Below are positions 28,855-37,554 of a stretch of DNA of 64,000 bases, in pieces. Source of the DNA: Candidatus Marinacidobacterium sp. (GTDB lineage Bacteria > Acidobacteriota > Vicinamibacteria > Marinacidobacterales > Marinacidobacteraceae); assembly GCA_965223075.1 (NCBI GenBank), contig OZ244986.1:1795591-1859590 (forward strand), read 5' to 3'. The notes below the pieces were generated by a model. It did no database searches and was not told where the DNA came from. It saw only the letters and a list, made by a program, of their open reading frames with translations. Position numbers and translations under genes: made by a program. Numbering within the stretch: the stretch's first letter is position 1; each line of letters begins with the position of its first letter.

Positions 28855-31800
28855 ATGCACGAAAGAAGCGGTCAGCTCTTTTTCGCCCCCACGGACCTCA
28901 GCCGGTTCCTTTCGTGCCGGCACCTGACGAGCCTTTCCCGGAGCGTTGCCCTGGGTGAGCAGTCCCGGCCGCCCGAGTACGAAGATCCCCGGTTGGAGGC
29001 GCTGATCGAGGCCGGAAGAAAGCACGAGGCGGTGATCCTGGAGCGGTATCGGGCCGAAAGCCGCACCGTAGAGATCGTGGATCGCGACACGCCAGAGCGC
29101 CGGGCGCGCACCCTCGATGCGATGCGGCGCGGCGTGGACGTCATCTACCAAGGGTTACTCGCCCACGGGCCATGGAGTGGCTACCCCGACTTTCTGGTTC
29201 GGGTGCCGCGACGGAGCACACTCGGCGGGTGGTCCTACGAGGTGGTGGACGCCAAGCTCGCCACGGTGCCGAAGGCCGATGCAGTGCTCCAGATCGCCGT
29301 TTATTCGCGGCTTCTGGAGAAAGCACAGGGCGGAGTTCCGGTGCATATGCACCTCGAACTCGGCCGCCACCAGGGACGGGAGAGCTTCCGGGTGACGGAC
29401 TTCGCCGCGTTCGAGCGCGCCCTCGTCCGGCAGCTCGACGAGCACTGCGCCGCGCCATCGGACACCTACCCGGAGCCGGTCGAGTTCTGCGAGCGCTGCG
29501 ACTGGAACGCCGCCTGCAAGGACCGGCGGCGGGCGGACGATCACCTGTCGCTGGTCGCGAATACCACCCGTCATCAACGCCGCCGGCTTGAGACACAGGG
29601 GATCACGACCCTCACGGGTCTGGCGCGGATCACGCTTCCACTGGACCCACCGCTGGCGCGGGTGGCGCCGGCCGCGCTCCAGCGCATCCACCGGCAGGCG
29701 AACGTGCAGCGCACGGGGCGCCAGTTGAACCGGACTTTCTACGAGCTGGTGGTGCCTCCCGAGGACGGACGGGGACTACTGCGGCTCCCTCAGCCCTCCG
29801 CAGGAGATCTGTTCTTCGACATCGAGAGTTCTCGACCGGGGGCGGACGAGGCTCTCGAATACCTGTTCGGGTTGGTCGATCGCGACGGCCAGTACGAAGA
29901 CCGTTGGGCCTTCGACCGGGCCCGCGAACGCCGGGTTTTCGAAGATTTCCTGGATCTGGTGGCTGAACGCCGTGAACGCTTCCCCGACCTCCACATCTAT
30001 CACTACGGGAGCTACGAGACCGGGGCCCTGAAGCGCCTGATGTGCCGCTACGCCACCCGCGAGGACGCGATGGACGGGCTGCTCCGCCGCCAGGTCTTCG
30101 TGGACCTCCTGCAGGTCGTGCGGCAGGGGGTGGTGGCGTCGGTGGAGAGTTACTCGATCAAGGAAATGGAGCCGTTCTTCGGTTTCGAGCGGGAACAGGA
30201 ACTCCTCGAAGCAAACCGGGCGCGCGCCCGGATGGACGCCTTGCTCGATTCCGGGGACGCCGCTGCGGGCACGCTTCCAGGGGATCGGGAGCTGATCCGC
30301 CGCTACAACCGCGAGGACTGCCTATCCGCGCTGGAACTCCACGGATGGCTCGAAGGGCGGCGGCTCGAACTGACGAACCGCGTCGGCTTACGGGAGCGGC
30401 CGGTCGTGGAAATCTCCCCGGAGGACGAACAGGCGCAAACGGAGGCCGCGGCGCGGGTATCGGAACTCGTCGCCCGGCTCGCGCAAGGTCCCGAGGAGGA
30501 GGCGGACGCGCGGCGGCTCCTGGGCCATCTGCTCGACTACTACCGGCGGGAGGACAAGTCGACATGGTGGGAGTACTTCCGCGTGAAGGATCTCGACGCG
30601 CAGGAACTGGTCGAAGACCCGGCACCGCTAGGCGGACTGGAGTTTGACCAGGACATGGGGCCGGAGAAGCGGTCCGTGCTGCATCGTTACCGGTTTCCTC
30701 TCCAGGAACACCGGATCAAGGCCGGCAAGAAGGTCGAGGATTTCGACACCGGCAGGTCGCCCGGTGATGTGTTCGAAATCGCGGACACCACGGTGACCCT
30801 CAAGCGCAGCAGCACGGCCCGGCGGCAACCTCATCCGCGGGCGTTGGTGCCGGACGAGCACGTGCGCCCGGCCCCCAAACCGGGTTCCCTGTTCCACCTC
30901 GGCGAACTGGTCGCGGACCATGGATTCGCCGATGACAGTCCCCGCCGGGCGGCCTTCGATCTCCTTCGCCGGATCCCGCCGCGCGACGGCATAGCCGGAG
31001 AACCGCTGGTCCATCCGGGCGAAAACATCCTCGCCGCCGCCCGCCGTCTTGCGCTCGGCCTCGACCGCGGCGTGCTGGCGGTCCAGGGACCGCCAGGCAG
31101 CGGCAAGACCTACGTTGGCGCCCGCATCGTCACCGCGCTGCTGGCGGCCGGACGGCGGGTGGGAGTCACGGCGCAGAGCCACCGCGTCATCACGAACCTG
31201 CTGGACAGCGTGTGCTCGGCGGCGACGGAGGAGGGAGTCGTCTTCCGGGGCATCCAGGGGGTGCGGGAGACGGGTTGCGACGATCCGCGGATCGCGGTCC
31301 TGCCCGGTCCCTCGAGGCTGACCGCCGAGGCCGCAGCGGCCCCCGACGTCCGGCTCATCGGCGGCACCGCCTGGGTCTGGTCCCGGGAGGACATGGCGGA
31401 CTCCGTGGACGTGCTGGTCGTGGACGAAGCCGGGCAGTTCGCCCTCGCGGACGCGCTCGCCTCCGCGCCGGCCGCGAACAGCCTCGTCCTGCTCGGCGAC
31501 CCCGCCCAGCTCGACCAGGTAACCCAGGGCGTCCACCCGGAGGGATCCGTTGCCTCCGCGCTCGGCCACCTCCTCGGCGAGCACCAGACGATGCCGGCCG
31601 ACCGCGGCCTCTTCCTGGCAGCGACCTGGCGGATGCACCCGGACATCTGCCGGTTCACCTCGGAGCAGTTCTACGAGGGCCGGCTGGAAGCGCGGCCGGG
31701 CCTGGAGCGGCAGGGAATCCGCGGAGGGCCAATCCCTGGTGCGGGACTCCGCTTTGTCCCCGTCACGCACGCAGGCAACCAGACGGAATCGCGAGAGGAG

Positions 31801-32229
31801 GCCGGACGGGTCGCCGTCCTCGTTGATGGCCTACTGGAAGGCGCGTCGTGGACCGATTCCTCAGGAGCCACGCGACGGGTTACACCTGACGACATCCTCG
31901 TAGTAGTCCCATACAACGATCATCTCGCCCTGCTGGACCGCCAACTCGGGGACCGCGTGCACGGGGTGGGAACCGTGGACAAGTTCCAGGGCCAGGAGGC
32001 CCCTATCGTGTTCTTCTCGATGGCGACCTCGACCCCGGAGGCGGCCCCGCGGGGGATGGACTTCCTCTATTCGGCGCACCGCCTCAACGTGGCGACGTCG
32101 CGAGCCCGCTGCCTCGCGGTCGTGGTGGCAAGTCCGGAATTGTTCTTTCCGGAGTGCAAGACCCCGCACCAGATGCGGCTCGCCAACGCCTTCTGCCGGT
32201 TTCGTGAGTTGGCGGAAACGGTCCCATAG
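28855..32229 (+). CDS. Large nuclease-helicase: Cas4-like PD-(D/E)XK Fe-S nuclease + RNaseH-like (TM0106-type) exonuclease-like domain + Upf1/Dna2-like SF1 helicase
   Basis: N-terminus: YPDFLV...YEVVDAKL nuclease motifs plus a CxxCx5C cluster (CERCDWNAAC). Middle: DLFFDIES and YHYGSYE (DnaQ/RNaseH-like). C-terminus: Walker A GPPGSGKTY, Walker B VVDEAGQ, DKFQGQE and NVATSRAR. Confidence 0.75.
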   Translation: MHERSGQLFFAPTDLSRFLSCRHLTSLSRSVALGEQSRPPEYEDPRLEALIEAGRKHEAVILERYRAESRTVEIVDRDTPERRARTLDAMRRGVDVIYQGLLAHGPWSGYPDFLVRVPRRSTLGGWSYEVVDAKLATVPKADAVLQIAVYSRLLEKAQGGVPVHMHLELGRHQGRESFRVTDFAAFERALVRQLDEHCAAPSDTYPEPVEFCERCDWNAACKDRRRADDHLSLVANTTRHQRRRLETQGITTLTGLARITLPLDPPLARVAPAALQRIHRQANVQRTGRQLNRTFYELVVPPEDGRGLLRLPQPSAGDLFFDIESSRPGADEALEYLFGLVDRDGQYEDRWAFDRARERRVFEDFLDLVAERRERFPDLHIYHYGSYETGALKRLMCRYATREDAMDGLLRRQVFVDLLQVVRQGVVASVESYSIKEMEPFFGFEREQELLEANRARARMDALLDSGDAAAGTLPGDRELIRRYNREDCLSALELHGWLEGRRLELTNRVGLRERPVVEISPEDEQAQTEAAARVSELVARLAQGPEEEADARRLLGHLLDYYRREDKSTWWEYFRVKDLDAQELVEDPAPLGGLEFDQDMGPEKRSVLHRYRFPLQEHRIKAGKKVEDFDTGRSPGDVFEIADTTVTLKRSSTARRQPHPRALVPDEHVRPAPKPGSLFHLGELVADHGFADDSPRRAAFDLLRRIPPRDGIAGEPLVHPGENILAAARRLALGLDRGVLAVQGPPGSGKTYVGARIVTALLAAGRRVGVTAQSHRVITNLLDSVCSAATEEGVVFRGIQGVRETGCDDPRIAVLPGPSRLTAEAAAAPDVRLIGGTAWVWSREDMADSVDVLVVDEAGQFALADALASAPAANSLVLLGDPAQLDQVTQGVHPEGSVASALGHLLGEHQTMPADRGLFLAATWRMHPDICRFTSEQFYEGRLEARPGLERQGIRGGPIPGAGLRFVPVTHAGNQTESREEAGRVAVLVDGLLEGASWTDSSGATRRVTPDDILVVVPYNDHLALLDRQLGDRVHGVGTVDKFQGQEAPIVFFSMATSTPEAAPRGMDFLYSAHRLNVATSRARCLAVVVASPELFFPECKTPHQMRLANAFCRFRELAETVP

Positions 32230-32412
32230 CGACGCGCATCCTGCTTCCTCGGGCGGGCGATGCGGGCTGGGAGGCAACGGTCCCCGGTTGGCGTGCGTTC
32301 TCGGAGGCGGGTCTCCCGGACTCCCGCTCTCCTTTTGTCTGGCGAACCGTAACTTTTCAATCTGCCGATGGGTATATTTTCATTTAGCCGAACTGATGTT
32401 TACAATCTGCCG

Positions 32413-33675
32413 ATGGTCCGGAACACCATCTACCCCCGCTTCGTCGAGCCGCGCCTCGCCGAAGCGCTCGCAGATTCTCCTGCCGTTCTGATCCACGGTC
32501 CCCGCCAATCCGGGAAGACCACCCTCGCCCGCCGGTTCGGACAAGGTCGCGGTTACGCGTACATCAACCTGGATGACGACACCCTGCGGGACGCCGCCGA
32601 GGCGGATCCGGTTGGCTTCGCCGCCGATTTGCCCGAGCGCGTCATTCTGGACGAAGTGCAGCGGACTCCATCGCTGTTCCGGGCCCTGAAGACCGAGATT
32701 GACCGGAGGCGGACGCCGGGCCGCTTCCTGATGGCGGGCTCGACCCAGGTGCTGCTCCTACCGCGGTTGTCCGACTCGCTGGCGGGCCGCCTGCAGATCG
32801 TGCGGCTCCATCCGCTGTCGCAGGCGGAACTCACGGGTCGGATTCCCGACTTCCTCGACACGGTCTTCGGCGACGGCTTTCCGATGGCCCACAGCGAGCG
32901 ACTTGGACCGCAACTGGCCGGGCGGATCGTCGCCGGGGGATATCCGGCCGCGCTCGCCCTGCCGACGGAGCGACGCCGAGCCCGCTGGCTCCGCGACTAC
33001 ACAGCGGCGCTCGTGGAGCGTGACGTACGGGACGTAGCCCGGATCGGAGCGCTGGAAGCCCTGCCCCGACTGCTCGGCGTCGCAGCCGCCCAAACCGCCG
33101 GGCTCTTCAACGTGAACGATTTGGCCTCGCCCTTCCAACTCACACGCCCCACGATCCGCAGCTACCTGACGCTCCTTGAACGGATATTCCTGCTGGCGCG
33201 CCTGCCCGCCTGGCAGAGCAATCGCGTGAGCCGCCTGGTCAAGACACCGAAGCTCCACTTCGGCGACACCGGCCTGGCGTGCGCCCTGCTGGGCGCGAAC
33301 GCCGAGGAACTGGCCCGGAACCGAACGCTGCTGGGCCAACTACTGGAGACGTTCGTGTTCCAGGAACTGAGCCGGCAGGCGGACTGGAATGACGACCCGA
33401 TGACTTTTTTCCATTTCCGCGACCGCGACGGAGTCGAGGTGGATCTGGTGATCGAGCGGGCCGGTGGGGCCGTCGCCGGAGTGGAGGTCAAGGCATCCTC
33501 CACGGTAAGGGGTCGCGACTTCCGGGGACTCCGCAAACTGGCGAATGCCACCGGGGACCGATTCGCGTCCGGGGTAGTGCTCTTCGACGGGGAAACCAGT
33601 GCGCGGTTCGGCGAACGTCTGTTTGCAGTGCCGATTCGAAGGTTGTGGGAGGCACCTGGAGGCGGAGGCGGGTAG
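32413..33675 (+). CDS. AAA_14 ATPase with DUF4143 domain (paralog 1)
   Basis: Walker A HGPRQSGKTT and DUF4143 C-terminal domain. The lister's start at 32368 is also possible. Confidence 0.7.
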   Translation: MVRNTIYPRFVEPRLAEALADSPAVLIHGPRQSGKTTLARRFGQGRGYAYINLDDDTLRDAAEADPVGFAADLPERVILDEVQRTPSLFRALKTEIDRRRTPGRFLMAGSTQVLLLPRLSDSLAGRLQIVRLHPLSQAELTGRIPDFLDTVFGDGFPMAHSERLGPQLAGRIVAGGYPAALALPTERRRARWLRDYTAALVERDVRDVARIGALEALPRLLGVAAAQTAGLFNVNDLASPFQLTRPTIRSYLTLLERIFLLARLPAWQSNRVSRLVKTPKLHFGDTGLACALLGANAEELARNRTLLGQLLETFVFQELSRQADWNDDPMTFFHFRDRDGVEVDLVIERAGGAVAGVEVKASSTVRGRDFRGLRKLANATGDRFASGVVLFDGETSARFGERLFAVPIRRLWEAPGGGGG

Positions 33676-33844
33676 GGAACGTTCCGCGGCGGGTACGGAA
33701 GCGGTGAGCGGTCGTGCCATCCGGGGTTACGCGAAGGTGCGGCACTCATGTTGGCGGAGCGCGGCGTCAGCGGCGCTGGTTTCGCGCTCCCGCGCGATGC
33801 CGGCCGGGAGGTCGGCGCCAGTTTTTCCGGTGGCGGCCCCTGCG
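33676..33844. repeat. REP-like palindromic element
   Basis: GGTTTCGCGCTCCCGCGCGATGCCGGCCGGGAGGTCGGCGCC module. Confidence 0.5.
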
Positions 33845-35425
33845 CTACTCGGCCGCCATGGGGCGGTCGCGGTCGTGGTCCACGACGCAGAAGAAGCCGA
33901 ACGGCTCGGCGGTCTCGTTCCGCAACTGGTGGGCCTCCAGCGGGCCGACGCAGGCGACGTCGAGATGCCGCAGCGGCAGCCGGCGATCTCCGAGGAGGAG
34001 GACGCCTTCCCCGCGCGCTCCGATGACCACGTGGGTGTGGACATGCCGCTCGAAGCTGGTGTGGCCGCCCGGCTCGACCTCGAAGTAGCGAAGATCCGAG
34101 CGCGTGCGCTCCCCGAATTTCCCGACGAGTTCCACCCGCCGCACGCCCCGGAACGCGAGATCTCGAGCGTCCTTGTAGGGCGAGCTGTCGCGCCCCTCCC
34201 AGTTCCAGTCGCGGCTGAAGGTCAACCGGCGAGGCTCCGGAAGCGCGGGGCGCGGCAGATCCGCCGGTTCCATGGCGACCTCGGGGTGGGATTCGCGGAT
34301 CCTCGCGAGGATCTCCCGGGTTCCCGCCTCCACGCCGCCGGCGTGGCCGAGCAGCGCCCCGCCAATCAGCAGCACCGTGTCCGGGCCGTAGGTCTCGCAG
34401 ATGCGTTCTACATCGGCCGGTCCCATTCCGCCGGCGGGGGCCGGCCACGCCGGACGCAGCGTGCCGAGCGGCTCCCGGAGCCGGCCGGTGATCTCCGAGC
34501 ACTCGGCCGCCGAATACGCAAAGCGGCCGCCCGCGTTCGGAAACACCGAAATGTCCGCTCCGGCCAAGCGGAACAGTGTCCCGAGCAGGACTCCGTGGGC
34601 CACTCCCTGCGCCTCCGCGTGGGTGTAGGCCCCGGTCAGCGAGGGGTGCGCCATGAAGATCAGCGGGTAGCGCTCCGCCAGCGCCCGCACCGTGTCGAGG
34701 CCGGTGATCATCGGGCAGATGAGCACTCCGGGAAGGCCGGCCTCGGCCACGAACTCGACGAAACGTTCGAGATCCTCCGCCCGGGCACCGGCGTGGGGAA
34801 GGTAGAGGCACCTTCGTCCGGTCGCCTGGTTGGCCCGCTCCACCGCCTCGCCGCAGACGGCGACGCGGCGGCGAAACCCTTCGAAGTCGTCGGTCAGGTT
34901 CTGGTCGTCCTTGACCAGATCTCCACCAGCCCGCGCAAACGCGCCCGCTATCGCGGCCAACTCGGGGACGCTCGAGCCCCGGGGCTTTACCGCCGTGGCC
35001 AGCAGCGGACGCCCGAGCACACCGCAAAGCCGCCGCACCCCTTCGACGCCGTGGTTCGGTCCCGGGAGGCTCTCGAGCAACGCCTGGGGTGGCTGCAGAT
35101 CGACGAGTCGCACGCCGCCGTACATCGAGGCGTTGCCGATCGCCACGCTCAGCAGGCCGAAGAGATCCGTCGCGAGGTCCGCCGCGTAGCTGATGGTGAT
35201 TCGGGAGGCGCCCGGAGCGTCCGGGTCGGGCGCTACCGACTCGACCTTCCCGACGATTTCGTCCTGAATCCGTCCGGGTGGAATCAGCGACTGCGGAATC
35301 TCTACCGTCTGCTCGATGGCGATGGCGCGGGCGAACTCCTCCGGGTCCCCGGAGTTCGCCTGCAGCCGGTAGACGGCGGTTACCCGATCGGGATCGGGCG
35401 GCGCCTCCCGCACGTTCGGTTTCAC
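33845..35425 (-). CDS. RuBisCO-like protein (form IV RLP) fused to a C-terminal cupin domain
   Basis: RLP large-subunit fold with GGDLVKDDQNL (the RuBisCO KDDE motif region). The C-terminal ~110 aa form a cupin (RYFEVEPGGHTSFERHVHTHVVIGARGEG). The start overlaps the tsaD stop by 4 nt. Confidence 0.7.
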   Translation of the reverse strand: MKPNVREAPPDPDRVTAVYRLQANSGDPEEFARAIAIEQTVEIPQSLIPPGRIQDEIVGKVESVAPDPDAPGASRITISYAADLATDLFGLLSVAIGNASMYGGVRLVDLQPPQALLESLPGPNHGVEGVRRLCGVLGRPLLATAVKPRGSSVPELAAIAGAFARAGGDLVKDDQNLTDDFEGFRRRVAVCGEAVERANQATGRRCLYLPHAGARAEDLERFVEFVAEAGLPGVLICPMITGLDTVRALAERYPLIFMAHPSLTGAYTHAEAQGVAHGVLLGTLFRLAGADISVFPNAGGRFAYSAAECSEITGRLREPLGTLRPAWPAPAGGMGPADVERICETYGPDTVLLIGGALLGHAGGVEAGTREILARIRESHPEVAMEPADLPRPALPEPRRLTFSRDWNWEGRDSSPYKDARDLAFRGVRRVELVGKFGERTRSDLRYFEVEPGGHTSFERHVHTHVVIGARGEGVLLLGDRRLPLRHLDVACVGPLEAHQLRNETAEPFGFFCVVDHDRDRPMAAE

Positions 35426-36486
35426 CGGTGGCGCCGGGACCTTCGCGGGCCCTGCTCCCCAAGCCGCAACTCGGTGTCTGCCGTGAGGTCCGCGCCTGCC
35501 GTCTCGCCCCGCAGGAGCGCCAGATGACCGGCGGCGGCGATCATGGCCGCGTTGTCGGTGGAAAGGGCGATGCTCGGGTAGAAAACGGGCAGGCCGCGCT
35601 CCTCACCGAGAGCGTGGAAGCGGGCACGGAGCGCCGAGTTGGCGGCTACCCCGCCGGACAGCAGGACCGCCCTCACTTCGAACATGTCAAGCGCGCGGTC
35701 CACCGAGCGGCGGAGCGCCCGCACCACCGCGGACTGGAAGCTGGCCGCAAGATCGCAGAGATCTTTTCGGCCGGCAGGATCCTCCCCGTCGGCCAAAGGC
35801 GCGATTCCTTCCTGCTCGATGAGCCGAAGGACCTGGGTCTTGAGGCCCGAAAAGCTGAAATCGAGTTTGGCGCCGTCCGAAAAGTGAGGGAGCGACAGCA
35901 GGTGGCGGTTCGCCTTGCCGCGCTGCGCCAACCGGTCGAGCACCGGACCGCCCGGATAGCCGAGCCCGAGCCGTTTCGCGAGCTTGTCGTACGCCTCGCC
36001 GGCCGCATCGTCGCGGGTCTTGCCGAGCAGCCGGTAGGAACTCTCGCCTTCGAGCAGGAAGAGACTCGTGTGTCCCCCGGAAACCACCAGCGCCAGCGCC
36101 GGGTGGGGAACCTCGCCGCCTTCCAGATAGCAGGCCCGGATGTGCCCCTCGATGTGGTCCACGCCCACCAGCGGAATGCCGCGGGCGAACGCGAAGGCCT
36201 TGGCGAAAGAGACCCCGGCAAGCAGCGCTCCAATGAGTCCCGGGCCACTCGTTACCGCAACCGCCTCGATGTCCGCGAGCCCCACGCGGGCCTCGCTCAG
36301 CGCTTGCCGCACCACCGGTGAAAGGTGCAGGAGATGCTGCCGGGACGCGATCTCGGGCACCACCCCACCGAAGGCCGCGTGCTCGGCGACCTGCGACGAA
36401 ACGACATTCGAGAGGATGCGCCGGCCGTCCTCGACAACCGCCGCCGAGGTTTCGTCGCAGGAGGTCTCGATCCCCAGGATGAGCAT
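35422..36486 (-). CDS. tsaD: tRNA N6-adenosine threonylcarbamoyltransferase
   Basis: MLILGIETSCDETSAAVV, VDHIEGH and GGVAAN motifs. The ORF lister fused it to an upstream junk extension; ATG 36486 is the real start. Confidence 0.85.
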   Translation of the reverse strand: MLILGIETSCDETSAAVVEDGRRILSNVVSSQVAEHAAFGGVVPEIASRQHLLHLSPVVRQALSEARVGLADIEAVAVTSGPGLIGALLAGVSFAKAFAFARGIPLVGVDHIEGHIRACYLEGGEVPHPALALVVSGGHTSLFLLEGESSYRLLGKTRDDAAGEAYDKLAKRLGLGYPGGPVLDRLAQRGKANRHLLSLPHFSDGAKLDFSFSGLKTQVLRLIEQEGIAPLADGEDPAGRKDLCDLAASFQSAVVRALRRSVDRALDMFEVRAVLLSGGVAANSALRARFHALGEERGLPVFYPSIALSTDNAAMIAAAGHLALLRGETAGADLTADTELRLGEQGPRRSRRHR

Positions 36487-36491
36487 GGGGT

Positions 36492-37244
36492 TCAGGGAGC
36501 GGCGCCAAACAGACGCTCCATGCCGCGCCTCCAGAAGGGTCCGTTGCGGACCAGGTCGGTCACGTCGGCGGTGAGCATCTCGGAGCAGGCCCGTTCGTGA
36601 CAGGTCTTCCAGTCCGGTCCATCGGGCCGCCCTAGTCGCCCCACGGCGAGAAGGTCGATACGCTCCTCCGCCGAGAGAGCGCCGAGCCGGGCAGTGAGGC
36701 GGCTGCGCGCCAGCGATTCGACCGTCTCCCCGGTGGCGGAGAGGAGATCGTAGGCCTGCGCGAGCGCCACCACGGTCGACCGGGCGATCACCGGCGCCAC
36801 GGCCGCCGCGCCGATCTCGTCCGCGAAGTCGTCGGCGCCGAGATAGCGCACCGGGATTCCGAGCGCACTCGCCTCGACCTTGTTTGCGAGCCTCCGGTCG
36901 GCGGTAACGAGCGGCGATCCGGTCTTCTCCGCACAAGTGAGATAGAGAGCGTCGTACACCGGGTGGTCGAGCGCCAGGGCTATCCCGGCGGCGCGATGAA
37001 CGAAGCGACCGGGCGGATGCAGAGTTATCTCGTACGGGAGGCGTCCGAGGAGGTTCAAGTGCTCCATTACGTCGGGAAGCTGTCCGCGGCGGAATTTCTT
37101 CCAGCAGACATTCGCGAACTCCGCGAGCAGCAGGTCGGGAGCATGCAGTTCCAGCCGGTGGGCGCGCAACAGCTTGGCCGTCCCGGCCAGTTCCTCGGTT
37201 ACGGACCACTTGACGACGACGCTGGCGTCGACCGTCAGCCTCAC
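36492..37244 (-). CDS. PIN-domain (VapC-like) protein with ~110-aa C-terminal extension
   Basis: The four PIN acidic residues sit in VDASVV, LLAEF, YDALYL and VTADRRL. It overlaps the upstream RHH antitoxin (ATGA) and ends 5 nt before tsaD. Confidence 0.6.
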   Translation of the reverse strand: MRLTVDASVVVKWSVTEELAGTAKLLRAHRLELHAPDLLLAEFANVCWKKFRRGQLPDVMEHLNLLGRLPYEITLHPPGRFVHRAAGIALALDHPVYDALYLTCAEKTGSPLVTADRRLANKVEASALGIPVRYLGADDFADEIGAAAVAPVIARSTVVALAQAYDLLSATGETVESLARSRLTARLGALSAEERIDLLAVGRLGRPDGPDWKTCHERACSEMLTADVTDLVRNGPFWRRGMERLFGAAP

Positions 37245-37477
37245 CGGTCCCGATCTTCGCGCAACAGCAGGACGCTGTCCGTCTGGGGAATGTCGGCGGT
37301 CATCCGGGAGAGCGCGTCGGTGCGCTCGCGAAACTGCACCATGCGCTGTATCCGGTCGAACCGCTCCGTCAGTGCGCGCCGGGCCTCGGCCTCCATCGAA
37401 CGGTCGTTCGCCTTGGCCTCCGCCTTCAGCGCCTGGATCACCCGATCATCAAGGTTGCGAATTGTGAGACTACCCAT
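37241..37477 (-). CDS. FitA/VapB-like ribbon-helix-helix antitoxin
   Basis: MGSLTIRNLDDRVIQALKAEAKANDRSMEAEARRAL is a typical FitA-like RHH. Confidence 0.65.
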   Translation of the reverse strand: MGSLTIRNLDDRVIQALKAEAKANDRSMEAEARRALTERFDRIQRMVQFRERTDALSRMTADIPQTDSVLLLREDRDR

Positions 37478-37554
37478 GGCGGCTCCTTCTGAGTGAAGGC
37501 ATCATGCTAGCACATCGCATTCACGATGAGGCAAATCGCTGCAGCAGATCGGAT

